Positions 19,326 to 30,386 are shown, counted from the first letter of the stretch. The stretch is 64,000 nt of DNA from Promethearchaeota archaeon (GCA_048938445.1 JBHLME010000001.1:27951-91950), one strand, 5' to 3'. Notes: a model not told the origin generated them from the sequence alone. Numbers and translations: made by a program.

Positions 19326-20603
19326 TTACCACGCACTTTTATTTCTTCTATTTTTCTTGACTATTGCGGAAATTATTATAACCGAAACAACCACGGCCGC
19401 TCCGATAATACTTAAAATAATAATTAACGGTAACAATTTTAGCCAGTCAAATGGTGGAAGCAAATTTGTATCAGTCACAGTTATGGTTAACATATAATTA
19501 TCGCTCAGACCACTTGTATAGGCAGTATATAAATAGTTATATTCACTAAGATTATAAAAATGGAGACTTCCATCATAATAAGGAAATGGAAACCACGCAC
19601 CGAGAGTTTGAGTCATTCGAAGATAACTACTTGTTTTTACATAACTTGGATTTTGAGGTTCACATTGGATCCATCCAACTGTAGGAATGTAATATTCAAC
19701 CCAGGCATGTGCCAATAATTCTGTAAATGAATAAGTCCAAGTTTGGCCAACATAAGGTTTATATCCCATATCTTGAACAATCATGAAACCACCTGCTTTG
19801 CGGGCGGGTATTCCTTGAATTCTCAATAAGGTTATCATTAATGTAGAATATTCTGAACAATCCCCAGTCGCTTGAACTTGTGCCCAGAGAGCACCTTTCT
19901 CATCAGCACCAAGTTGATCATTATAAGTAATATGGCTACTCACATAGTTAATTATTGCTTGAGCTTTATCGAATGGATTTGTATAACCACCAGCAATCAC
20001 ATTTGATACAATACTTAAAGTTGGATTGTCTCTTGGATAAATTGAATCTGATTGATTACAAAAATAAAGAAACATATCATCTGAAGTGTTATAATCATTC
20101 ATGGTAATGGGTAAACTAGAAAGATCTCCATATGTCACTTCATTTAATGTAATATTATACTTTTGGTCAAATGTAATCGATTGTCCTGTAGGCAATGCTG
20201 AATGATTGAATAAATCAAATGTATTCCCATATTCATCACGGATGACAGTAGAAGGTGTCTGACTTCCGACTACTTTACTATAGAGAAGTTGGCTTTCTTG
20301 AAAAGGACCGGAGTATTTTGATGTAGTAGAATTAGGTTGCAAATCATCAAATCTAGGATGTCTCAGATAATAATGACCAGTACCACTTCCGGTTTGCGTG
20401 ATTGAGAAATTTATTTCCACGTCATAAGTAACGCTTTGAGTGATCATGTAGTTAGAAACTCCCGCAGCAGAAGTATTTAAAGAATAACTTGAATTGTATA
20501 TTGAGTATGATGAGACTTGAAAAATTGGAACAAAAAAGTTTGCAAAAATAGCAAAAATTAATAGAATACTTGATGCTATATATTTAGGTTTGATACTTTT
20601 CAT
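19326..20603 (-). CDS. Membrane-anchored secreted transglutaminase-like protein
   Basis: 'GDCSEYSTLMITLLRIQGIPAR' and 'HAWVEYYIPTVGW'; signal peptide and C-terminal TM. Confidence 0.9.
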   Translation of the reverse strand: MKSIKPKYIASSILLIFAIFANFFVPIFQVSSYSIYNSSYSLNTSAAGVSNYMITQSVTYDVEINFSITQTGSGTGHYYLRHPRFDDLQPNSTTSKYSGPFQESQLLYSKVVGSQTPSTVIRDEYGNTFDLFNHSALPTGQSITFDQKYNITLNEVTYGDLSSLPITMNDYNTSDDMFLYFCNQSDSIYPRDNPTLSIVSNVIAGGYTNPFDKAQAIINYVSSHITYNDQLGADEKGALWAQVQATGDCSEYSTLMITLLRIQGIPARKAGGFMIVQDMGYKPYVGQTWTYSFTELLAHAWVEYYIPTVGWIQCEPQNPSYVKTSSYLRMTQTLGAWFPFPYYDGSLHFYNLSEYNYLYTAYTSGLSDNYMLTITVTDTNLLPPFDWLKLLPLIIILSIIGAAVVVSVIIISAIVKKNRRNKSAW

Positions 20604-20737
20604 TCTATCGTCTAATATTATTTATTATAGATTATAATATCAATAAAAATTACTACTTTTATTCTTAATGTTTATCATTCTTAAAGGTGAATTTTTATTA
20701 GATTACTATCAATATGAAAAAACAATCACGATAAATT

Positions 20738-21379
20738 TTGATTTACAAGGTATACTTAATTGACGCTAACAACGGAATTTCAATATTAGAATCTACATTT
20801 AAAGAATTTGAAGATCCAAAAATTAATTCAGATTTATTTCCAGGTTTTTTTAATATAATCAATAAGATAATAGATAAAATTCAGCAAGCGATGTTAAAAA
20901 AAGAGAAAATCAATGAATTATTAAGAGTTATTGAAGCGGAACAATCTACAATACTAATTTTTTTTCATCCAGATTCAAAAGTCCTTTTTTGTAGTATTTC
21001 GGATACAGATGATGATATTAATAAGTTAAAAGAGGTAATGCGCAAGATTGCGTCACGTTTTTGGAAAAAACATCAATCAGACTTGAGATTATTTCGATCC
21101 ACATCAAATAAAAGCAAATTTCAGTCAATCATTGTTGATATTGAAAATTTGACCATAGGGGGAAAAATTGCTGAAACATTTCCAAAAATTTTAGTTGTCC
21201 CTTCAGTATTGGATAAGATTTATTCCATGGGATTAATCAATGATTTAGACCATAAAATTGCTTTAAACTGTAATGGTAGTAATTCACCAAAAAAAATTTC
21301 GCAATTAATAGAGGTTAGTAAAGAAGATGTTTATTCTATATTAAAAAAATTAAAAGAATTAGATATAATTTTAATCTAA
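20738..21379 (+). CDS. Longin/roadblock-like domain fused to a C-terminal winged HTH
   Basis: 'VYLIDANNGISIL...LFPGFF..I' start; C-terminal 'CNGSNSPKKISQLIEVSKEDVYSILKKLKELDII'. Confidence 0.6.
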   Translation: MIYKVYLIDANNGISILESTFKEFEDPKINSDLFPGFFNIINKIIDKIQQAMLKKEKINELLRVIEAEQSTILIFFHPDSKVLFCSISDTDDDINKLKEVMRKIASRFWKKHQSDLRLFRSTSNKSKFQSIIVDIENLTIGGKIAETFPKILVVPSVLDKIYSMGLINDLDHKIALNCNGSNSPKKISQLIEVSKEDVYSILKKLKELDIILI

Positions 21380-21492
21380 TTTTTTTTAAAAAGGAACTAA
21401 TAATTCGAACTTGTTCGTTTTAAATCGAAAAAAATAAAAATTATCAAATTTTCTTTAATACAAGAAAGATCATTCTATTACGTTGATAAATA

Positions 21493-22185
21493 ATGGAAGT
21501 TAAACCAATCGCTCATATAAATTCACCATCAAGAAACAATTATTATAAATTGAGAGAAGGAAAAGGATTTTCTCTATCAGAAATTAAGAAAGCAGGAAAA
21601 TCTATACAATTATTAAAAGAGTTGGGTATTAAAATTGATTATTTTAGAAAATCAACTCATGACTTTAATGTTAAGGTATTAAAAACTCTAAAAAGTATTG
21701 AAAAGAAAGGCGAAAAACGCCAGCCATTTGTTAAAAAGGAGAAAAAGAGAACTGCATTTAAACCTCTACCTCCAAAAAAGAAAATGAAAAAACCAGCTGC
21801 TAAGACAGTTACAAAGAAAAAATCAGCACCTAAACCAAAGAAAATAAAAGAAAAAGTTCCAAAGGTTAAGGTTGAAACAATAAAAGAAAAGACACCTACA
21901 CAAGAAATTAAAAAAGAAAAAATAAAAGTAAAGACACCAACACAAGAAATTAAAAAAGAGAAGATAGAAATAAAAACCAGTAAAAAGGAAGGCACTTCAT
22001 TGACTTCACTTACAGGTCTGGGAATCACGACAGCGAAAAAGTTTGAAAGTATTGGTGTTACCTCAGTAGAAGAGCTAATTAAAGAAAATCCCGAAGAATT
22101 GGCTAAGTTGGTTAAAGGAGCGTCAGTTGTAAGAATTTCTACTTGGATAAAAGAGGGTCAAAAATTATTGGAAGAATCAAAATAA
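21493..22185 (+). CDS. rpl13e: Ribosomal protein L13e with Lys-rich linker and C-terminal helix-hairpin-helix domain
   Basis: 'REGKGFSLSEIKKAG...LGIKID..RKSTHDFNV..LK'; C-terminal 'LTSLTGLGITTAKKFESIGVTSVEEL'. Confidence 0.85.
   Translation: MEVKPIAHINSPSRNNYYKLREGKGFSLSEIKKAGKSIQLLKELGIKIDYFRKSTHDFNVKVLKTLKSIEKKGEKRQPFVKKEKKRTAFKPLPPKKKMKKPAAKTVTKKKSAPKPKKIKEKVPKVKVETIKEKTPTQEIKKEKIKVKTPTQEIKKEKIEIKTSKKEGTSLTSLTGLGITTAKKFESIGVTSVEELIKENPEELAKLVKGASVVRISTWIKEGQKLLEESK
21889..21972 (+). repeat. 42-bp in-frame tandem duplication in the L13e linker
   Basis: Two copies encoding KTPTQEIKKEKI(K/E)(V/I). Confidence 0.85.
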
Positions 22186-22290
22186 TCTTCCGAGATATTC
22201 TAATAAAATTATCTTTAGATATTTTATAAAATTTTATTAATACTTAATATATTAAGTATAAAAGAGACGTCTTTTATTAAATAAAATCAA

Positions 22291-22794
22291 TTGTTTAACA
22301 TCATGCATAAAACAACATATGTTTATGATAAACCGGAATTTGGACTTAAATTGAATTTAATGCCTATTTGGTTTAAAGAAATCGAAACTTCCGGAGATAT
22401 AAATGCGGGTTCAATTATTTTAGAATCTCAAAACATATTTGATGAGTTCTGGGGTCCAATTGCACGGATGGAATTAAATTGGGAAAACAAAGATGTCAAT
22501 GACTTTTACCATCCAAGAGAGGTCCAGAAAAATATTGACGTTTATAGTGGGATACAAGTAGCAGTAACAAAAAAAAAGAATGATTGGATTAATAGCCACA
22601 ATTACACGATTTGGTATGGTCATAGGAGAAAATTGATTAAAACATCTTATTATGAAGAATTATCGATTCATGGAATATTCTATTGCGATCAGTCAAATAA
22701 AATATATGATTTAAATGCTGGTGTAATTAAAGAACATTATGAAGGTTTTGAACCATATATTTTAGATGCCTTTAATTCTATTGTGTGTCATTAA
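22291..22794 (+). CDS. Hypothetical protein
   Basis: 167-aa ORF ending 'SIVCH'; stop overlaps that of the convergent gene. Confidence 0.7.
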   Translation: MFNIMHKTTYVYDKPEFGLKLNLMPIWFKEIETSGDINAGSIILESQNIFDEFWGPIARMELNWENKDVNDFYHPREVQKNIDVYSGIQVAVTKKKNDWINSHNYTIWYGHRRKLIKTSYYEELSIHGIFYCDQSNKIYDLNAGVIKEHYEGFEPYILDAFNSIVCH

Positions 22795-23537
22795 TCTTTT
22801 AGGATTTTAGAAAAAATAAAAAAATTATCTTTACCTGTAGAACCTCCTATTTTCCTAATATCTTTAATTTCAAAATTACATAATAATTTTTTCACTTCTT
22901 TTTTAGAAAAAAAATGATAAAATCTTTCATGAGTTTCTTGTTTCTTGGAAATAGTCCAAGGAATGAAATTATCACCATAATATTCAAGCCCCTTGCTTTT
23001 TTGCATTTTTTTATAGCTTGATATGAAAACACGTTTTAATTTATCAAAAAAGAAATATTTTCTATATTTTTTTTGCCATCTCCTCCAAACGGTAAATATA
23101 AAGTATCCATTTTTAGTTAATACTTGTATTATTTGATTCATTGCCCTAATTCTGTTATTTTGATTCTCCAGATGATGAATAGTAGCAATTGAAAAAATAT
23201 TCTGGACAATATTTGGTCTTATGGGTAAATTTACAACGTTTGCCATTAGAACGTGGATATTTGATTTTTCTTTATATGAATAAATGGTGCTATCATTTAG
23301 GATTTTATTTGCAATTTTCAAAAATTCAAATGAATTGTCAATTCCAATTAAAATGTTAGATTTTTTTTTAAATAATTTAAAATGCCTTCCATTAGCACAT
23401 CCAATATCTAAATTTACACCATTAAATTCATAACTTTGTGAATTTAATTCACTAATATAATTTTCTAAAGGACCCCATGGTTTTTTTCTCTTTTGATGAT
23501 AATCATCTGCGATTTTATTATAATAATTACTTTTCAT
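22791..23537 (-). CDS. Class I SAM methyltransferase, Trm9/ALKBH8-like
   Basis: 'YNKIADDY...R.KPW', 'LDIGCANGRH', 'SIATIHHL', 'IPW...RFYHFF'. Confidence 0.85.
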   Translation of the reverse strand: MKSNYYNKIADDYHQKRKKPWGPLENYISELNSQSYEFNGVNLDIGCANGRHFKLFKKKSNILIGIDNSFEFLKIANKILNDSTIYSYKEKSNIHVLMANVVNLPIRPNIVQNIFSIATIHHLENQNNRIRAMNQIIQVLTKNGYFIFTVWRRWQKKYRKYFFFDKLKRVFISSYKKMQKSKGLEYYGDNFIPWTISKKQETHERFYHFFSKKEVKKLLCNFEIKDIRKIGGSTGKDNFFIFSKILKD

Positions 23538-23643
23538 GAATAATTACAATTTATACGAGACATTTATTAAATAGGATATAAAATATATATTCAATTAAGG
23601 ATTTAAGATTAGTATAAAAAGAATAAAATGAGAGCCTAAAAAA

Positions 23644-25377
23644 ATGGAAGTGTTAATTAATTTTTCACAGTCACTAAAAGCTCAAATCTTAGAATATTAT
23701 AAAAAAACATACAAATACATAGAAGATTTATTAGCTTATAAAGAAATTAATTTAACTGCAACCATTCTTGACAAATCACAGGAAGAAATGAAAGAAATGG
23801 TTGTAACAATGATCAAAGTCACTAAAGTTTCGTTAAAAACCATTGGAGTTCCGGAGAATCAAATTAAAAAGAATGAGAAACAAATTAATGATATAGCCAG
23901 TATGGAAGGTGTAAATTATATTAGTATAGCAGATTATTTTGATGAGATCAAGATAATTTTAAACAAATTCTTGTTCAATAGCATCATAGACTATCTCATA
24001 GATGAAGATATAAATCAATTAAATACAGCAGAATTGTTTGACCTCCTTCCAGAACATTTTAAAGAACAAATAGTCGATTTTAAATCTACAAATATCATTT
24101 CAAAAAATATTAAAAAAGAAATTAAGAATAATATTGAAAAAATAGGAGAAATAATAGATCTTTCCACTTTGGAAATGAGAGATAGGAAACAAATGGGAGA
24201 GATTCCTAAAATAGAGCCAAAAGAGACCCCAATTAAAAACGAAATGCAAGGATTTAATCAAGCGGATATAGACCGCTTAGACTTGGTACCTCCACCTCAG
24301 AGCTCAAAAGTAGAAAAAAAAATAGTTTCTCCAAAAGAAAATTTATTTGTTTTTTCAGATAACAAACCTGGTGAAATAATAAGAGAAATGGAACCATCTC
24401 CAATAAGAACCCCGATAATAGAAGAAAAAATCGAAGAACCTCAACCTAAAGAAGATATAAAAATAACCACAATCGATGAAATTCCTAAAAATTTCTTAGA
24501 TTTCTATGGCAAATTTCCTAAACTTGATAATAAAATGATAAATAAATTTAATATCAACTCGGTAAACTTAATTAATTCAAGGGTTGCAAATCCAAGTGAA
24601 TTTCTTGATCTAGAAACTCTATTTTATTATATTGCTATATTAAAAATGATAGGAATAGGATTTCCTTTCTCATCCATCGAAATTATAGAAGTTGCAAAAA
24701 ATTACATTAATGATAAAGTATTTAGTAGTTCGAGAATAAATGCTCCAGATCCTATAAATATCTTGTTTGGTTTAGCTTTATTTTCAGAATTAAATCTTTT
24801 AGAGCGAAAAGATATAATTGATATTCATAAAATTAGAGACTTTCTAACATCTGAATTTGCACATGCCATGCCTGAGAAATTAGATTTGAATTTTCATACA
24901 CTATTAGCATTACGATTAATGGAGAGAAGAGGGATAAGTATAATTGATTCTAAAGAAATAATTGATCAGATAATTAAATTAAGTCTATCTAGTTTAGATG
25001 AACGTGAACCCATAACAGATATATTTTATCAATTAGCTTCCATCAAATTATTTGAAAATCAAGGGAAAAAAATACCATCTACTTTTAAAGGAATGTACAT
25101 GAAAGAGCTGAAGAACTTAATTCAAAAAAATGGTTCAATTAATAATCTCATAACAGATTCCGCCAAAATGCTTTTAATTATTGATTTACTTGATTTAAAA
25201 CAAAAAGAAAAGTCTATCTGTAATAAATTAATTGAATATATGATAGATACACCTGTCTTCTTTGATTCAAGATCGTTAAATCCAGAATTTAATTGGAAAC
25301 AACATAAGTTAGCCTATGTTATTGAATTAAGGATGCTATTTTGGGCATTACTGGCTTGTTCTCAATATGCTAATTAA
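23644..25377 (+). CDS. Large hypothetical protein with central low-complexity linker and helical C-terminal domain
   Basis: 577-aa ORF; P/E/K-rich middle region. Confidence 0.7.
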   Translation: MEVLINFSQSLKAQILEYYKKTYKYIEDLLAYKEINLTATILDKSQEEMKEMVVTMIKVTKVSLKTIGVPENQIKKNEKQINDIASMEGVNYISIADYFDEIKIILNKFLFNSIIDYLIDEDINQLNTAELFDLLPEHFKEQIVDFKSTNIISKNIKKEIKNNIEKIGEIIDLSTLEMRDRKQMGEIPKIEPKETPIKNEMQGFNQADIDRLDLVPPPQSSKVEKKIVSPKENLFVFSDNKPGEIIREMEPSPIRTPIIEEKIEEPQPKEDIKITTIDEIPKNFLDFYGKFPKLDNKMINKFNINSVNLINSRVANPSEFLDLETLFYYIAILKMIGIGFPFSSIEIIEVAKNYINDKVFSSSRINAPDPINILFGLALFSELNLLERKDIIDIHKIRDFLTSEFAHAMPEKLDLNFHTLLALRLMERRGISIIDSKEIIDQIIKLSLSSLDEREPITDIFYQLASIKLFENQGKKIPSTFKGMYMKELKNLIQKNGSINNLITDSAKMLLIIDLLDLKQKEKSICNKLIEYMIDTPVFFDSRSLNPEFNWKQHKLAYVIELRMLFWALLACSQYAN

Positions 25378-25388
25378 CATTAATGGCC

Positions 25389-26027
25389 TTACTTTTTTTT
25401 ATTTTCATCTAAATTTTCTATTGTTAATATAAAGTTTCTAGCTGAAGCTTCTATTTTACCAGATTTAACTGTTTCATTCCATTTTTTTATTAAAATATTA
25501 TTATCTTCAATTCTTTTAATAGTATGCTTTCCTAATTCAATCCATGTACTTTTATCAATCAAGGGATTCTTACCTGAAATTCCTTCGCAATATTGGTATC
25601 CTTTGTCCGTTAGATATATTTCAATTCCCTTTTTTTCTTTTTTTTGACTATCAAATAAAATTTTGAAAGAATAAGGAAAAGTTCTACAAAAATTAGGTCT
25701 TAGATTATATATAGAGCATTTTTTCTCTTTAGAATTATAAAAATAACACTCTCCATTTTTTTTCTTGAATAATCCTATAAAAGCAAGCCCTCTTTCAGTT
25801 TCAATAGGAGGTACCACCATTTTCTTTAAATCTTCCTCAGTGGGCTTCTTTTCAAATATATAGAAGCCCAATATCACTAAAGTTTCATCAATGGTTAGGT
25901 TTAATCCATTTTTTAATCTCAGTATATCTTGAAAAGTAACGTTGACAAGTGTATTTTTATCGAGGCAACAATTTCCACAATTATTACAAATAAATCTAAA
26001 TTCCTTTTTATTTTCCATCAAAAACAA
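25389..26027 (-). CDS. YkgJ family cysteine-cluster protein
   Basis: 'FICNNCGNCC', 'C.FY....KCSIY..RP.FCRTFPY', terminal 'CEGI'. Confidence 0.9.
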   Translation of the reverse strand: MFLMENKKEFRFICNNCGNCCLDKNTLVNVTFQDILRLKNGLNLTIDETLVILGFYIFEKKPTEEDLKKMVVPPIETERGLAFIGLFKKKNGECYFYNSKEKKCSIYNLRPNFCRTFPYSFKILFDSQKKEKKGIEIYLTDKGYQYCEGISGKNPLIDKSTWIELGKHTIKRIEDNNILIKKWNETVKSGKIEASARNFILTIENLDENKKK

Positions 26028-26288
26028 TTCAGCATTAAGGTCTAAATAGATAATAATATTTTATTTTTGAAAGTTAAAATAATTTATTCTGCTCTAATCC
26101 AAATACAAATTATCATTTTACGTAATTTAGGTAAGAAATAATATTTTATAAATAGAGAGAGGTGTTAATTTAAAATAATTTGTAAGATTGTAATAAGATC
26201 ATTTATATTTAACTATAATATTTAAGATAATTTTTTAAACACATGTTAGCATGTAAAGTATATAAGGATATGGGTATGAGTATATCTT

Positions 26289-27419
26289 ATGATTTTTCAA
26301 ACTAATTTCTTAGGTAGTTTTCTATTTATTGAAATGTTATTTTTCATACCAATTACTTTATTATCAAATTTTTTTACATATAAGGTTATCAAGACACGTC
26401 GTCCAATATTTGGATATTTAGCGGCGATGAACATTTGTTATTTGTTATCAATTTTTTTAGTATTGTTTCAATTTATTGCTAGTGATCCATTGAGAGCAGA
26501 ATGGTATTTTATCTTTTCAGAAATTTCAAAAATATTGTTAATACTATTCTTGTTATTAACCTTTGAAATTTTTTATAGAAACACGCAGTATTCGAAACGA
26601 CAGACAATAACAATAATTCTCGTCTTTACTATAATCGGTGGTTTAATTGCTAAACCCGAGATTGAGCTGGAAATAATTTCTGAGAGATTCAATGTCATGA
26701 GATTACCTGTATTAAGTCCTACTAGTATTCTCAAACTTTTTTTTAGTGCTATTGTAACTGTTTTTCTAATATTTATTCTTATTAAGAGTAGGAAATCAGC
26801 GTGGAATTCTAAACAAAAAAAGTATATCTCATGGCTTTTAATAGGTTCCTTAATTGGTGTCTTAATCCCTTCACTTCTAAATTTTATTTGGGATTTATTT
26901 ATAGATCCATCATTCGTTCTAGGTCAAACTATTATCATCTCAAGTCAGTTATTTCAGTTCATTCCTCAAACTATCGGTATTTTAATTATAGGTTTAATCT
27001 TTTTTAAGATTAGCAAGAATTTATGGCTATTACAAAATCAAAAAGTCTATTTACTCATAGTTTATTCCCATAGTGGATTAACCCTTTATTCTAAAAGTTT
27101 CATGGAAGATATTACTCCACAAGATACACAATTATTAGCGGGAGCTTTTTCAGCAATATCCTCTCTAATAAAAGACGGGACTAAAACATCTGGAGAAGTT
27201 AAAGCCATATTATTAGAAGGCAAGTTATTAAAGGTTATTAATCGAGAGAATTTTATATGCGCTCTTTTAGTTGAATATTCTACACAAGCAACTGAAGAAG
27301 CTCATGAGAAGTTTACTTTAGAGTTTGAAAGAAAATTTAATGATAATTTAAAACATTTTGATGGTGAAGTCACTCAATTCACTTCAGCTGATAATATTAG
27401 TAATAAATACTTTACATGA
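26289..27419 (+). CDS. Seven-TM membrane protein fused to a cytoplasmic longin/roadblock-like domain
   Basis: About 7 TM segments, then 'LLIVYSHSGLTLYSKSF...LLAGAFSAISSLIK...FTLEFERKF...FDGEV..F'. Confidence 0.7.
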   Translation: MIFQTNFLGSFLFIEMLFFIPITLLSNFFTYKVIKTRRPIFGYLAAMNICYLLSIFLVLFQFIASDPLRAEWYFIFSEISKILLILFLLLTFEIFYRNTQYSKRQTITIILVFTIIGGLIAKPEIELEIISERFNVMRLPVLSPTSILKLFFSAIVTVFLIFILIKSRKSAWNSKQKKYISWLLIGSLIGVLIPSLLNFIWDLFIDPSFVLGQTIIISSQLFQFIPQTIGILIIGLIFFKISKNLWLLQNQKVYLLIVYSHSGLTLYSKSFMEDITPQDTQLLAGAFSAISSLIKDGTKTSGEVKAILLEGKLLKVINRENFICALLVEYSTQATEEAHEKFTLEFERKFNDNLKHFDGEVTQFTSADNISNKYFT

Positions 27420-27499
27420 AAAGGTTTAATCTTATTTATTTATAAAAATGCATTAAAACTCTCATGATTGATTTAAATTATTCAACTATACTTTTTTTA

Positions 27500-28357
27500 C
27501 TATGAAGTAGCTTTTATGAAGGTTCCATTATTGAATTCGTTGAAAGCTAGTTGTAATTCTTCCTTCGTGTTCATGACAATTGGTCCTCCCCATGCAATTG
27601 ATTCCTCAATGGGTTTACCAGATATTAAAAGAAAACGAACATGACTATCCTTTGTTGTAATTTTTATATTAGACCCTTCTTGATAAACTACGAGTTCTCC
27701 AACATTTTTTTCTCTATCGAGATTGTCATCGAAATACCCACTTCCTTCAAAAATATATGCAAAAACGGTGTTCTTACTTTTAACTTCATGGACAAATTCC
27801 GTATTAGGGGGGATTTCTATATCCAAATATTCCGGTTCTGTAATAATATCTTTTACAGGTCCTTTTATACCTTGAATATCACCACATATTACCTTTATAA
27901 TTACATTATTATCAAGATTAATAATAGGTATTTGTGATTCTTTTATGTCTTGATAACGAGGATTCATCATTTTATGTGATTTTGGCAAATTTGCCCATAG
28001 CTGAAAACCCATCATATTTCCATCAGTTCTTTTTGGCATCTCTTCATGAATTATACCACTACCAGCAGTCATCCATTGTATGTCCCCTGATGAAATAATA
28101 CCTTCATTTCCCAATGAATCTCTATGCTGAACCTTTCCATTTATCATATAAGTGATCGTTTCAATACCTCGATGCGGATGCCAAGGAAATCCTTTAAGGT
28201 AATCATTGGGATTATCGGAACCAAAATGGTCAAGTAACAAAAACGGATCGAAAAGCGGTATCTCATTGTAGCCAAAGACGCGCTTTAATTTAACCCCTGC
28301 ACCTTCCATCGTAGTTCGAGCTTTTAATGTCAATTTTATTTTTCTTGTATCATTCAT
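27500..28357 (-). CDS. Pirin family protein
   Basis: 'DPFLLLDHF', 'GFPWHPHRGIETITY', 'WMTAGSGIIHEEMP', 'GGPIVMNT'. Confidence 0.95.
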   Translation of the reverse strand: MNDTRKIKLTLKARTTMEGAGVKLKRVFGYNEIPLFDPFLLLDHFGSDNPNDYLKGFPWHPHRGIETITYMINGKVQHRDSLGNEGIISSGDIQWMTAGSGIIHEEMPKRTDGNMMGFQLWANLPKSHKMMNPRYQDIKESQIPIINLDNNVIIKVICGDIQGIKGPVKDIITEPEYLDIEIPPNTEFVHEVKSKNTVFAYIFEGSGYFDDNLDREKNVGELVVYQEGSNIKITTKDSHVRFLLISGKPIEESIAWGGPIVMNTKEELQLAFNEFNNGTFIKATS

Positions 28358-28512
28358 AACTTTTTTCTCTAAAATAAAATTTAATTAATCATTAAACTAG
28401 ATTTCAGGATTCAATATATTACTTTACGTTATAGAAAATAAAGAATTGATAAAAAGCTCTTATTTTAAATCCAAATTTATTATAAAATTTCTTTAAAAAT
28501 AAAAAAAGTTGT

Positions 28513-29934
28513 TCAAGATTCTGGTCTAAGGCCTTTTTCTAATGAATTCATATGTGAAAGGTGTAAATCAAGTTTTAATATAACGAATAATAAGGTTATA
28601 CATTCGATTACAATAAAGACAATTAAAGAGAAAAACTCTGTAATTATATTTAACAAGCTATAAATCAAAAGTATTATAAAAAGTGTTGCGGTGGTTATCA
28701 TCCCTATAATCGGAAAAATTTTTCTACTTTTTGTTTTTTTTCTGACGTGATAATTCGTAAAATTAACGAAAAAATATATCTGAGAAAATAATAATCCTGC
28801 TACTCCAGCGATTGCTAAAGCACCCCCGCTTATCATTGCTATTAAAATACTAAATAATCCTACAATTATTATTGAAACAATGGGTTCGTGTTTAGAATTT
28901 AGTTTAGAAAGCGAGAGAGGTAATAATTTTTCTGAACCCATCATAAATGCTAAACGGGATGATCCGATAATTGTAGCATTAATAGCACTTGCGGTAGAAA
29001 AAAGAGCGCCTATGATTATTATAACGGCTCCAAAAGGCGTGAGGAATTTAGTAGCAGCTATAGCAATTGCAACTTCTGAATCATGTGCATCTTTACCCAT
29101 CACTCCTGAAACACCTAATATTGATATAGCTGTAATTCCAACAAAAATATATATAGCCATTGAAATTATTAAGGACCATTTCATCATTCCTAATCCCCCC
29201 TTCTTGTCTTTCATTTCATACACTTCATGAGCAATTAATTGAAATCCTTGATAAGATACTACGATTGATGCACTTCCAATCATAATTCCAATAAAATTAA
29301 AATTATGGAAGGAAGCAAAATCCAACCCTAAATTGGTGATCATTTGACTAGGTGTAGTTAAAGCATAAATCATACCAAAAATAATAAACAATCCGAGAAT
29401 AATTATTTTTGTAACTACTAATATATTTTCTAAATAAGTAGAGTCCTTAATGTTAAATAGATTAATTATCGTAAAAAAAGATATTAAACTAATGATTATG
29501 ATCATTACAAACAAATAATTCACTGGAATACCAAATAAATAAAGAAAATAAATACTAAAAGTATAAGCATATAATGCCACAGTAACAATGTATCCAAAAT
29601 AGAGTAATAATCCAACAATCGGACCTAATGCTTTGAATTTTTCACCAGTAAACGCATTCCTTATGATTGTATATTCCCCACCAGGACTTGGCCATACATT
29701 ATTTAATTTAGAATAAGAATAAACCGTGATTAAAGCAATTAATCCTGTAATTATATAACTAATGTAACTATATGGCCCCGTATATTCACTGATCGCCCCG
29801 ATGACGCTAAATATTCCTCCTCCAATTAAACCCCCAATCCCAATCATCAAACAACTGAATTTGGAGATGTTCTTTTCAAATTTAGATTCCAATACTTTTT
29901 TACTGCTCTTTCCATTTTTGTAAATTAAATTCAT
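28513..29934 (-). CDS. APC family amino acid permease
   Basis: 'IGIGGLIGGGIFS', 'PSPGGEY', 'SAINATIIGSSRL'; about 12 TM. Confidence 0.9.
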   Translation of the reverse strand: MNLIYKNGKSSKKVLESKFEKNISKFSCLMIGIGGLIGGGIFSVIGAISEYTGPYSYISYIITGLIALITVYSYSKLNNVWPSPGGEYTIIRNAFTGEKFKALGPIVGLLLYFGYIVTVALYAYTFSIYFLYLFGIPVNYLFVMIIIISLISFFTIINLFNIKDSTYLENILVVTKIIILGLFIIFGMIYALTTPSQMITNLGLDFASFHNFNFIGIMIGSASIVVSYQGFQLIAHEVYEMKDKKGGLGMMKWSLIISMAIYIFVGITAISILGVSGVMGKDAHDSEVAIAIAATKFLTPFGAVIIIIGALFSTASAINATIIGSSRLAFMMGSEKLLPLSLSKLNSKHEPIVSIIIVGLFSILIAMISGGALAIAGVAGLLFSQIYFFVNFTNYHVRKKTKSRKIFPIIGMITTATLFIILLIYSLLNIITEFFSLIVFIVIECITLLFVILKLDLHLSHMNSLEKGLRPES

Positions 29935-30062
29935 CGATAAATCTCGTTTCTGAAAAAGTAGAATAAATTATATAATTAATTTAAAATAATAAATTTTATG
30001 ATAAAATCCTTGATTTTCATTAGAATGTTTGATTAAATGTTCAATATATAAAAATTAGCATT

Positions 30063-30386
30063 CTAAATAACCAAGAGTTCCCTTTCTAACTCATGGCGGA
30101 TGATATTCTTTTCATCAAGCGTTAAATGTTCAATACTTTCTCCTTGAGAATTAAGAGTATCAGGAGGGATTTCCTCCAATAAAGCGTTGATGATGATGAT
30201 AGAATTAATGATGACTTGTTTGCTTTGTCTATTATTTTTAAGATCGTCCATGAGCTTGATTAATTGTTTCGAGCGCCAAATCTCGATTTGTTGAGGATCT
30301 GTTTCTTTGCTTTCAAAGAAATCTATGATCTCAGAGTAGTAAGTTAATTCAGTATCTTGATATTTATTATCCACAGGCATTTTCAA
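30063..30386 (-). CDS. Small acidic hypothetical protein
   Basis: 107-aa helical-looking ORF with purine-rich SD; 1 kb of non-coding DNA upstream. Confidence 0.7.
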   Translation of the reverse strand: MKMPVDNKYQDTELTYYSEIIDFFESKETDPQQIEIWRSKQLIKLMDDLKNNRQSKQVIINSIIIINALLEEIPPDTLNSQGESIEHLTLDEKNIIRHELERELLVI

